Positions 8,919 to 17,669 of a stretch of 32,000 nucleotides of DNA are shown here, in pieces. A model generated the notes under the pieces. That model was not told where the DNA came from and ran no database searches. It worked only from the letters and a program-made list of their open reading frames with translations. Source of the stretch: an uncultured archaeon (lineage in GTDB: Archaea > Asgardarchaeota > Thorarchaeia > Thorarchaeales > Thorarchaeaceae); NCBI GenBank assembly GCA_964648855.1, contig CAZYLT010000009.1:1-32000 (forward strand), in the 5' to 3' direction. A program made the position numbers and the translations under genes. Numbering within the stretch: the stretch's first letter is position 1; each line of letters starts with the position of its first letter.

Positions 8919-11243
8919 TCATTGAGTGGAACGAACCTGCCCGTCTTCAACTTCAATGATGTGATCAATGTATTCTTCCAAACCTTCAACATGGCTAATT
9001 ATGATTATTTGCTCGAAGCTTTCAGAAAGCACCGTATTTGTTAGATTCATAATTCCCTCTCTTCTGATCATGTCACTGCTTCCAAGTGGCTCATCAAGAA
9101 AGAGAAAATCTGGTTTCACATATTTCCTAAATGGCAATAAGGACAGCGCGAATGCTATCCTCATTGCAAGGAGGAATTGGTCTTCCGTACCGCCGCTAAA
9201 CATTTCCTTCTCCTGGAATTCACCTGCGTCCTCACTCCAAACCTCAAGATTGTAGTCATCCACCAGTCGGACTGCTTTGTAGCGGTTGTCTGTAATGACT
9301 GGCAGGATTTGTTGCATATGTCGCTCAACACTCGGTCTAACTCTCTGCCTCAAATTCCTGCTTGTTTCTTCCAGGGCCTCTTTGACTATTCCTGAGACCT
9401 CAGCCTCTTCTATCAAATGCTTGACTTTAGCAACTTGTTCATTATATTTTTCATGTACTCCTTCATGATCCCTCAGATATTCTTCTAGTTCTCCAATTCT
9501 GATTTTTAGTCCCTTGATTTCTTGCTTTAGACCTGCAGCTCTTGCCGTTAGTGAAGTGACCTCATCTTGAGTATTTTCAAGCAGTTCTTTGGAGAATTCA
9601 ATCGATTTTGGCAGTTCTGGAAATATTACTTCTGTAAGCTCATCTTGCTTCTTATCCTTCTCTCTTTCCAAGCTAGATATTTCAGTTTGTATTTCTGGTT
9701 TCTCATCGAGCTGCTCATCGATTTGCTTAATCCTAGAATGGAGATTCTTCCTTTTCTCGGCAGTGTCTTCATATTTCTCCAAAATATCTGAAATCACGTC
9801 AATATTCAGTTCGGCATGCTCCGGCTTCAACTCTGAAGGAAGCTTCGAAATTTTCGGTTCGATACTATCTATCTCAGCCTCCAATTCTCCATTTATCCTG
9901 GTAATTTCTTCTCGAATGTCCAGAAGCGAATCCCACTGTGCTTTTTGTCGCTCCTTCTGTTTGAGGTACTTGAGGTTTTTCTCGGAAAGACTGAGTTTTC
10001 TGAGATATCGGTACAGCAAATACACCATAATAATGACAAATGGGATGGAACCAAGAATCAGAAGTTGGTTGATTGATACCCCCAATATTAGGCAGATGAC
10101 GGTAAAAAGGGCTGAAACGCCAATCATTCTCAAATTAATCGATGAGGATATTATCTCCTGTTCATGAGTAGTGGGTTTCAAATTCTCGGCTTCTTTCTTT
10201 TCTTTTTGCCACCCATTCTTTTGCTTCGCTTCACTCTGCGTGACAATCCTCAGTTCCTGCTCCAATCCTTCATAGCTGGACTTTGCCTCTTCTATCTGTG
10301 GAATCTCAGGAGTGGCTGATCGAATGTATTCAAGTTCGTCAAAATCAGCTTGTATTTCCTTTCTCTCAGTTTCCAGATCTGCTAACTTATCGAGGCGCTT
10401 TTCGTGAATATCGATTTGCTTCTTTATGCTCTCAATTTCTCCGTTTATAGAATCTTGTTTTTCCCTCGCGTCATCATACTTCTCTAATCTCTTAAGGAGA
10501 GATTGTTTTTCGTCTAATTCAGCTCTGGTACTCTTGAGTTGCTTTTTCAGGTCCTCTACCGATATTATTTTTTCGTTCTTCTCCCCCATGAATTCGTCAA
10601 ATTGGTCACGTGCCTGTAGCAGCGTTTCTTTCTTATTCTCCTCTGAATCAATTTTTCCTCCTCCAGCCTCTCTCTTGCCAAGAAGAATCCGCCTGATATC
10701 TTTCACTCTGTCAAGAATCTTATTGAAGTGCTCAAGATTAAGAAAGACATTGATGATGTCCTTCCTTTTTCCTGCCCTCAACTCAACAAGCTTTCCCAAC
10801 TCCTTCTGAGCAACGATGCAACTCGAAACCAACTCGTGATATGAAATATCACCCATAAGTTGCATAACGGTTTCATTTACTTTAGTAACAGACTGGACTC
10901 CCAATGGCTTGGATTTGCGATTTGGCAAGATCTCATCTATTCTTGACTTGCTAGACCGTTTGCTTGATCTAAATATCTCCCTTGTGACTTGGAAGGTTCT
11001 ATCGCCGATTTGAAATGTAAGCTGAACAAAAGCTCGTGAGGAATTGTGTTCAATCAACTTCGCATGAGCCGGATTTGTTGTTGGTCGAAGAACGTATGTA
11101 TAGAGTGCGTACAGTATAGCCTCCATTATGGTCGATTTTCCGCTTTCATTTAGCCCTCGAATCAGTGTGACCCCTTTCTCAAATTTCACTGTTTCGTCAC
11201 GGAGCGATTTGAAATTAATAGCGCGGAGTTCCTTAAGAATCAA
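8919..11243 (-). CDS. rad50: Rad50/SbcC-family ATPase; no zinc hook, central hydrophobic hairpin
   Basis: Walker A GLNESGKST, long coiled coils, signature FSGG, Walker B/D-loop LFLDEPLGSSD and H-loop ISH. Lies downstream of mre11. Confidence 0.9.
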   Translation of the reverse strand: MILKELRAINFKSLRDETVKFEKGVTLIRGLNESGKSTIMEAILYALYTYVLRPTTNPAHAKLIEHNSSRAFVQLTFQIGDRTFQVTREIFRSSKRSSKSRIDEILPNRKSKPLGVQSVTKVNETVMQLMGDISYHELVSSCIVAQKELGKLVELRAGKRKDIINVFLNLEHFNKILDRVKDIRRILLGKREAGGGKIDSEENKKETLLQARDQFDEFMGEKNEKIISVEDLKKQLKSTRAELDEKQSLLKRLEKYDDAREKQDSINGEIESIKKQIDIHEKRLDKLADLETERKEIQADFDELEYIRSATPEIPQIEEAKSSYEGLEQELRIVTQSEAKQKNGWQKEKKEAENLKPTTHEQEIISSSINLRMIGVSALFTVICLILGVSINQLLILGSIPFVIIMVYLLYRYLRKLSLSEKNLKYLKQKERQKAQWDSLLDIREEITRINGELEAEIDSIEPKISKLPSELKPEHAELNIDVISDILEKYEDTAEKRKNLHSRIKQIDEQLDEKPEIQTEISSLEREKDKKQDELTEVIFPELPKSIEFSKELLENTQDEVTSLTARAAGLKQEIKGLKIRIGELEEYLRDHEGVHEKYNEQVAKVKHLIEEAEVSGIVKEALEETSRNLRQRVRPSVERHMQQILPVITDNRYKAVRLVDDYNLEVWSEDAGEFQEKEMFSGGTEDQFLLAMRIAFALSLLPFRKYVKPDFLFLDEPLGSSDMIRREGIMNLTNTVLSESFEQIIIISHVEGLEEYIDHIIEVEDGQVRSTQ

Positions 11244-12396
11244 ACCTTGAAACCTCCTCCATCAACTCAATACATTTGCTCTTTGCTTGCTCTACAATCG
11301 CCCTTGAATCCTCATCCATATCCTTCATTTTGGCATCGAAATAGGACAGAAGTTCCTCATCGGGGTCAATGGCTGAAATAGGTTCAATATCCCTTACCCC
11401 CTCCACCTTCAGAGAATCAGTATCTTCCAGAATGACTCTGAAGCAGAGATCATCACCCATTCTCTGTAATTTGGATCTCTTATATGTGGCAAGAGTTTCA
11501 ACAGCCACAACTCCCTCAATCCTTATTCTTAGAATAAGCTCTGGATTTGCGACCTCCTCAATCTCTTGTTCTACAATGTTTGTAATATTGTCTCCATCTT
11601 TTACTTTTATGAGAAGTGTCTTCATTTCACGGCAGTTGAGAGGAATCCGTTTGACTTCCGGTATTTCATTATCTTCGAATTCAAGAATAGTGAAGCTCTT
11701 CTCTCCTCCTTCTTCATTAAAGCTCACTCTCTCGGTGCTTCCAGGAATGACTACCAAAGAATCCCCAATTCGTTTGTGCTGAGCGGAATGATAGTGTCCA
11801 GCTGCTATCAGTTGATACCCGACAGGAATCTGATCAGGTGAAACAGTCACTTCATCACCTATGAATCCACTAAAGCCAATAATCGGATAATGAAGCAGCA
11901 ATATGTTCAAATCCCCATCAGGAGGGGGCATTTCCACATCCAACGGATTATCTTCTGCCTGTAGTGTTGGATTGAAACCTATCCCGACCACTCGGACTCT
12001 CATTCCATCCACTTGGATGTCCACTGCCCTAGGTTGTGATGGATTTTCAAAATATGTCACATTGCCAGATTCCCCGTGAGTTTGCAAAGGGGAAACGCCC
12101 GTAACAATGCTCCTAGGTGTATCATGGTGCCCTGTGACAAGAAAGGATGACGCCCCATTCTCTTTAAGTCGTCGGAACTGTTTCATTACCCAGGCTCTGG
12201 TGGAATTACTAGGCCGATTGTGGTCGAAAAGATCTCCGCAAATAAGGAAAACATCAACTTCGTTTTCAATGGCATATTCAACGATGGTTTTGAAGTTCCT
12301 TTGATAATCACGTTGTCGCTCGTTTTTATTCGTACCAAAGTTCTTGCTGGGACTATCCAAATGATTATCGCCCGTTATGAGTATCTTGACAGTCAT
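11233..12396 (-). CDS. mre11: Mre11/SbcD metallophosphoesterase nuclease
   Basis: Motifs GDNHLD, GDLFD, GHHD, LLLH, GHYH and PGSTER, plus operon context. Confidence 0.93.
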   Translation of the reverse strand: MTVKILITGDNHLDSPSKNFGTNKNERQRDYQRNFKTIVEYAIENEVDVFLICGDLFDHNRPSNSTRAWVMKQFRRLKENGASSFLVTGHHDTPRSIVTGVSPLQTHGESGNVTYFENPSQPRAVDIQVDGMRVRVVGIGFNPTLQAEDNPLDVEMPPPDGDLNILLLHYPIIGFSGFIGDEVTVSPDQIPVGYQLIAAGHYHSAQHKRIGDSLVVIPGSTERVSFNEEGGEKSFTILEFEDNEIPEVKRIPLNCREMKTLLIKVKDGDNITNIVEQEIEEVANPELILRIRIEGVVAVETLATYKRSKLQRMGDDLCFRVILEDTDSLKVEGVRDIEPISAIDPDEELLSYFDAKMKDMDEDSRAIVEQAKSKCIELMEEVSRFDS

Positions 12397-14033
12397 TCTA
12401 CTTCATCTCCGAATGCTCCAGTAAAGGCGCTTGAATTGGATGTAGTTTCATCAATTTCCCTGTCTATCGACACTTCCCGCCTAGCCGATTTCAATGCCTC
12501 AACAACGTCGATATCTGCTCCCCCCTCGTGTGTTTTCCGCTTTCGAATCTTTATCATGACTGGGGCCTTGCTGACTGGACCCAAGACCACTGCCTCGCCT
12601 GGATTGAATCCCGGCAAATTCTTCAGCATGCCCTCGCTCATTCTCTCTGAGCTCCTGATGACCGCTTCTTGGTCTTTTGGATTGGTTAATTTCATTATGA
12701 TTTGACTATTGCACTGTGAGAGCGTATCTGGATGGATTTTCGATGGCCGCTGAGATATTACAATAAGAAAAATGCCGAATTTGCGCCCCTCAGCAGCGAT
12801 TCTCTTGATTATGGGACTTGAACGAGTTGTATCGTTCGCTGGTATGAAGTTGTGGGCTTCTTCTATCACCACGAAAACAGGATGAGCATATTCACCATTC
12901 AGTAGTGCGTGATATGTATCGCTCAACAATTTTGATACAATGTAGTCCGTGCTAAACGCATTGAGTCCCGAAAGATCCATGATTGATACCTGCATTGGGG
13001 AAAGAATTCTCTCAGTTGGGGTCGATGTACTACTGAAGACCCTCATCCGTGACAATATGCGTACATATCTCAATGCAGATTGGATCGGTGATTTTTCGCT
13101 TTGCTTATCTGCTGATTGGAGATTCTCTTCCAACTTGCTCACCAAGTCCTGCGGAGAGAAAATCGTGTCTGAATCGCGAAGCTCCTGTAATGCCGTTGAT
13201 ACCGTTTCCCTGATTACTTTGTATCCTTCCTGAATGTTGGCAATTCGAAAAATCTCTTCATCCGATAAATCTGAGAATGCTATGGTGTAATCCTCCATAT
13301 TGCCCACATCCTTTTCACTATAGCGTCCAGTGCTTGCGGGGTTTCTGAATACAACCAATCTATCGCTTAATTCATGTCTTGATTTGTCTACACTCATTCC
13401 CATGAGGGCATAATCGGCATGTGGGTCAACGACAATTATGCTTCCCCCCTTTTCCAGTAGCTCCTCAATCAGGACTCCAGCACAATAGCTCTTTCCTGCT
13501 CCCGTCTGAGCTATAATTGCCATATGCCTTCTTAGTCCCGAAACAGTCAGACCCACAGAAACCCTAGGCCGAGTAATGAGATTTCCAACTGTCAGTGACT
13601 CATCACGAGGATAAGAGTAGAATTTCTCCAGGAAATCTCTCGGTGCGGAATAAACCTCGGTCCCTGGCGTGATAGAACGCCGTGGGATTAAGACATCTGA
13701 TGTGATAGGATGTATATAACCCAATACCTGCGCAGACCCGTATGTTCGAAGGTCACCAATATTTGCTTCTTGAATCTTCGTGAGCGCTTCAAAGCTCACC
13801 AGATGCTTGAGCGCATCGCTCGATGACATGACTGCTTCGACTTGAGCTAGAACATCAGTTTCCGTGATTTTTTCATCAATCATTGCTTCTGACTTAACTA
13901 TCAGGTAGTCAAGTTTCGACGGACAAAGATCTTTAGTAGACGAAAAGACAAATGAAGTTGAAGTTGTTTCACCTACAACAATTCCTATTCGTTCGTTTTC
14001 ATGGATAGTAGACACGGCTGTAACCCCGCTCAA
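12393..14033 (-). CDS. herA: HerA ATPase/DNA translocase
   Basis: N-terminal HAS-barrel-like region, Walker A AQTGAGKS, VDPHADY, EEAHNF and EGRKFG...SQRP. Confidence 0.94.
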   Translation of the reverse strand: MSGVTAVSTIHENERIGIVVGETTSTSFVFSSTKDLCPSKLDYLIVKSEAMIDEKITETDVLAQVEAVMSSSDALKHLVSFEALTKIQEANIGDLRTYGSAQVLGYIHPITSDVLIPRRSITPGTEVYSAPRDFLEKFYSYPRDESLTVGNLITRPRVSVGLTVSGLRRHMAIIAQTGAGKSYCAGVLIEELLEKGGSIIVVDPHADYALMGMSVDKSRHELSDRLVVFRNPASTGRYSEKDVGNMEDYTIAFSDLSDEEIFRIANIQEGYKVIRETVSTALQELRDSDTIFSPQDLVSKLEENLQSADKQSEKSPIQSALRYVRILSRMRVFSSTSTPTERILSPMQVSIMDLSGLNAFSTDYIVSKLLSDTYHALLNGEYAHPVFVVIEEAHNFIPANDTTRSSPIIKRIAAEGRKFGIFLIVISQRPSKIHPDTLSQCNSQIIMKLTNPKDQEAVIRSSERMSEGMLKNLPGFNPGEAVVLGPVSKAPVMIKIRKRKTHEGGADIDVVEALKSARREVSIDREIDETTSNSSAFTGAFGDEVE

Positions 14034-15336
14034 ATACTATTCTTGTTCCCAATTCTCTTTCAAGAGTCTGCCGATATAAATTATCGACCGTTTGACGCCC
14101 CAAACGGGCAATCTCATCGGCACGCTTAAGCCAAATATTGTAGTTCTGAAGCCCACCATACCCTCCTCTCAGAACACTCAGCACCTCATCTACGTTGCAA
14201 TTCATTCTTTCTGGCTTGGGTGGTTCCCATATTTTGGTGTCAATGCCCACCATCCATCCTGGTATGTCAACTCGAAGCGGTGTATCTTGCGGATGTAGTT
14301 TTATGTGGAATGAAACTATTGCAGGTAGGTCCCGCAATTGAGTCAGGATTTTCGTAGCCTTCATCTTGAACTCGGCCTCGATTTCCGACTCCGCCAATGC
14401 CATTTTGAATCGGGTTCTTAGATACTTGGTAGGTTCCCGAAATGAATTAGCAAGAGAAAGCCTTGTGTTTTTCATCATACTGAGGACAAGTGGACTAGTA
14501 TATCCCCTACCACGAAAGAGCAATTGAATCAACACATGATCCGACAGACTATCCGTAGCCAGCTTAACAAGTTGCATGATTCTGCTTTGAACCGGCTTTT
14601 TGTGATCGGATAATTTGGTTTTTAATGCAGATATATCGACTTGCTCTCTCTTGGCACTCAGTACTGCTTCTTGTATGTGATCTACCGACTCCAAGCTAAG
14701 CCTCGTGTTTGAGTTCTTCAATACTTTATGAATTGTATCTAGAAGTGTAAAACGCAGGAAGTGTCTAGCCCGACTATCCTTGCTAACTGCGATTATTCCG
14801 ATATCGTTCTCTCTGCAATACTGAAGCAGTTCTAGTGTTGTTTCGAAGTAATCGAGCAGGCAGAATCGATCATTGCTAATGCCAGATTCAACTGGTAGAT
14901 GCTGCAGCCTTCCAAAGAGGGAACCATCCAGAAGCAGCCATTCTCCTCCCTCGTTTCTTAGAGCTTGAAGGGCAGCGGCATGTTCTATGGTTTCCATTTT
15001 AATCGAAACATACCATGCTAGTTCCTGTTCTCTCACTCTTGCGGGAGCAAAACCAGTATCCAGTACACGTGTTTTCGAGTTCTCCTGCAATGCGATTGCT
15101 CTGACTATCCACCATAGTCGGCCGTCCCATAGGGTGCGCGTTGCTAAGCTACCATCTGTTCCGATAACACCCTTTGCAGGTTTTTCGTCTTTATCATCCA
15201 ATGGATTCCAGTGGGATAATGCATTCTCTCTAATCGTGTCAAGCTTGTACTTGTTAATACTTCCGTCCATCTCCTCGCTCCAAATCTTTTGCTTGGACCT
15301 AACAATTTCTACGAGTTCGCTCAAATATTCTGGCAT
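13999..15336 (-). CDS. nurA: NurA nuclease
   Basis: Acidic motifs GTDGS and LLDGS, plus VSKDS. Immediately upstream of herA. Confidence 0.88.
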   Translation of the reverse strand: MPEYLSELVEIVRSKQKIWSEEMDGSINKYKLDTIRENALSHWNPLDDKDEKPAKGVIGTDGSLATRTLWDGRLWWIVRAIALQENSKTRVLDTGFAPARVREQELAWYVSIKMETIEHAAALQALRNEGGEWLLLDGSLFGRLQHLPVESGISNDRFCLLDYFETTLELLQYCRENDIGIIAVSKDSRARHFLRFTLLDTIHKVLKNSNTRLSLESVDHIQEAVLSAKREQVDISALKTKLSDHKKPVQSRIMQLVKLATDSLSDHVLIQLLFRGRGYTSPLVLSMMKNTRLSLANSFREPTKYLRTRFKMALAESEIEAEFKMKATKILTQLRDLPAIVSFHIKLHPQDTPLRVDIPGWMVGIDTKIWEPPKPERMNCNVDEVLSVLRGGYGGLQNYNIWLKRADEIARLGRQTVDNLYRQTLERELGTRIVFERGYSRVYYP

Positions 15337-15683
15337 TGTTCACCCACCACGCATGAAACTTGTGCGCTACGGTTGGAGAATAGCACTTGTGGCAATAAAG
15401 TTACTTCACTCGGAGTATGCGAGCTCATTGGGTCAGACTGATATCTTCCTTATGCCAGAGTTGCTTCTGTTTTCCGAGCTAAGTCAATATAGGAAACATA
15501 CTTTCAGATATCTCTCTGGGTGGTTAGTGTGTACTCCATAGGACTCCATGACTGAGGAAGATACTAGTCCTAGATATTGGAGTTCGATAACTGCATCGTT
15601 GAGCGAATTGGGTTCTCGTCGATGCACCGACCCCAAAGATTACTTACAAACAGCTCGGAGCTGGGGCAGGCGCGAGAGAAAGG

Positions 15684-17669
15684 ATGTCAGACTTCAAGCT
15701 ACATGCACCGTTCGAACCTACCGGTGACCAACCACAGGCGATTGATAAACTAGTGCAGGGTATCGAAGACGGACATCGCTTTCAAACATTGCTCGGCGTC
15801 ACCGGTTCCGGAAAGACCTTCACTATGGCCAATGTGGTTGAGAAATACAATCGACCAACGCTGGTTATCTCACATAACAAGACTTTGGCTGCTCAATTAG
15901 CTTCTGAATACAAGCAATTCTTCCCTACGAATGGAGTAGAGTATTATGTTAGCTATTATGACTGGTATGTTCCAGAGGCCTACGTGCCATCGAAGGACAT
16001 GTACATCGAAAAAGAGGCTGACATCAATGCCGAGATTGAGCGGCTCCGCCACTCGACAACGCACGCTCTTCGGTCCCGAAGCGATGTGCTGGTTGTAGCC
16101 TCAGTGTCCTGCATCTACGGAATCGGAAATCCAGAGGAATATGATCACTTCAGGATGTTTCTTGAGGTTGGTAGAGAGATAGACCGTAGAACTCTGCTCG
16201 AACGGCTGGTTGAGATGCAGTATGACCGGAACGATATGGAGGTTGAGCCGGGCGTCTTCCGCGTTAGAGGTGACGTGATTGAAGTCCAACCTGCTGCATC
16301 AAGGAATAGGGTACGCATAGAGCTCGATGGAAACATGATTGACCGGTTGTCTATCATTGATTCTATCTCGTCGAAGCGTCTGTCTAATGAACACTGGTTT
16401 GAGCTGTATCCGGCCCGACATCACATGGCTCGATATGAGAAGGTGATGGCGGCACTGGATCCCATAGAACAGGAAATGGAAGAACGTGTGGAGAAACTAA
16501 AGAAACAAGGCAAGCTTGTTGAGGCTGACCGATTGCGGAGACGCACGCTCTATGATATGGAGATGTTGCGAGAGACTGGTCATTGCCAGGGGATTGAGAA
16601 TTATTCGCGTCATATCGATGGGCGGTCAGAGGGCCAGAAGCCCTATACACTCCTCGATTACTTCCCTGACGATTTTCTCATGATTATCGATGAGTCTCAT
16701 ATGACCATTCCCCAAATCGGCGGAATGTATCATGGAGACCGCTCGAGAAAGCAAAACCTGATTGATTACGGATTCAGACTGCCATCTGCTTTCGATAATC
16801 GCCCAACGAGGTTTGAAGAGTTTGAGAACTACATGCAACATGTCATCTTTACCAGTGCAACTCCTGGTAAATATGAGAGAAAGGTGAGCACACAGATTGT
16901 TGAGCAGCTTCTGCGACCTACTGGACTGGTGGATCCTGAGATTACAGTGAAGCCAATCGAGAACCAGGTTGACAGTCTAATTGCTGAGATAAACAAGACA
17001 GTTGGTCAAGGACACCGAGTTCTTGTCACCACACTTACGAAGAAGACTGCGGAGATGCTAACAGAGTATCTAATTGAAGCCGGAGTGATGGCTCGTTATC
17101 TCCACTCGGACATAGGTACTGTGGAGAGAATCCAGATTATCAGAGAGCTTCGTCAGGGCAAGTTCGATGTACTGGTTGGTATCAACCTCCTACGTGAGGG
17201 CTTGGACCTTCCCGAGGTTGGCTTAGTCGCAATCCTAGATGCTGACAAAGAAGGCTTCCTACGAACAGACTGGGCGCTCATTCAGACTATGGGTAGGGCA
17301 GCACGGAACATAGATGGCCGTGTGCTTCTCTATGCAGACCATGTATCATCCGCCATGCAGTCGGCAATAGACGAAACAAATCGAAGACGCAGATATCAAA
17401 TGAAGTACAATGAAGAACAGAATGTAACACCTCAAAGCATCAAGAAGGAGATCAAAGACATCGCACAGTCAATGCCAGTCAAGCTAACGAAGAAACAGAC
17501 GAAAGTGACTGATTATGACCCCGTCGAAGTGGATGAAATGACGGACTACATACTGGAACTTGAAGAACAGATGAAAGAGTCAGCTCGGAACCTTGAGTTC
17601 GAGAAGGCTGCAGCCTTGCGAGACAAGATTGCAGGGCTACGAAAGCAAATCGAGGACTTTCAACAATGA
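15684..17669 (+). CDS. uvrB: Excinuclease ABC subunit B
   Basis: GDQP, GVTGSGKT, the beta-hairpin YYDWYVPEAYVP, DESH, GINLLREGLD and a C-terminal UVR domain. Confidence 0.98.
   Translation: MSDFKLHAPFEPTGDQPQAIDKLVQGIEDGHRFQTLLGVTGSGKTFTMANVVEKYNRPTLVISHNKTLAAQLASEYKQFFPTNGVEYYVSYYDWYVPEAYVPSKDMYIEKEADINAEIERLRHSTTHALRSRSDVLVVASVSCIYGIGNPEEYDHFRMFLEVGREIDRRTLLERLVEMQYDRNDMEVEPGVFRVRGDVIEVQPAASRNRVRIELDGNMIDRLSIIDSISSKRLSNEHWFELYPARHHMARYEKVMAALDPIEQEMEERVEKLKKQGKLVEADRLRRRTLYDMEMLRETGHCQGIENYSRHIDGRSEGQKPYTLLDYFPDDFLMIIDESHMTIPQIGGMYHGDRSRKQNLIDYGFRLPSAFDNRPTRFEEFENYMQHVIFTSATPGKYERKVSTQIVEQLLRPTGLVDPEITVKPIENQVDSLIAEINKTVGQGHRVLVTTLTKKTAEMLTEYLIEAGVMARYLHSDIGTVERIQIIRELRQGKFDVLVGINLLREGLDLPEVGLVAILDADKEGFLRTDWALIQTMGRAARNIDGRVLLYADHVSSAMQSAIDETNRRRRYQMKYNEEQNVTPQSIKKEIKDIAQSMPVKLTKKQTKVTDYDPVEVDEMTDYILELEEQMKESARNLEFEKAAALRDKIAGLRKQIEDFQQ

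Noticed and set aside
8968-15541. Many Ser/Ile/Phe-rich plus-strand ORFs
   Set aside because: They are antisense shadows of rad50, mre11, herA and nurA.
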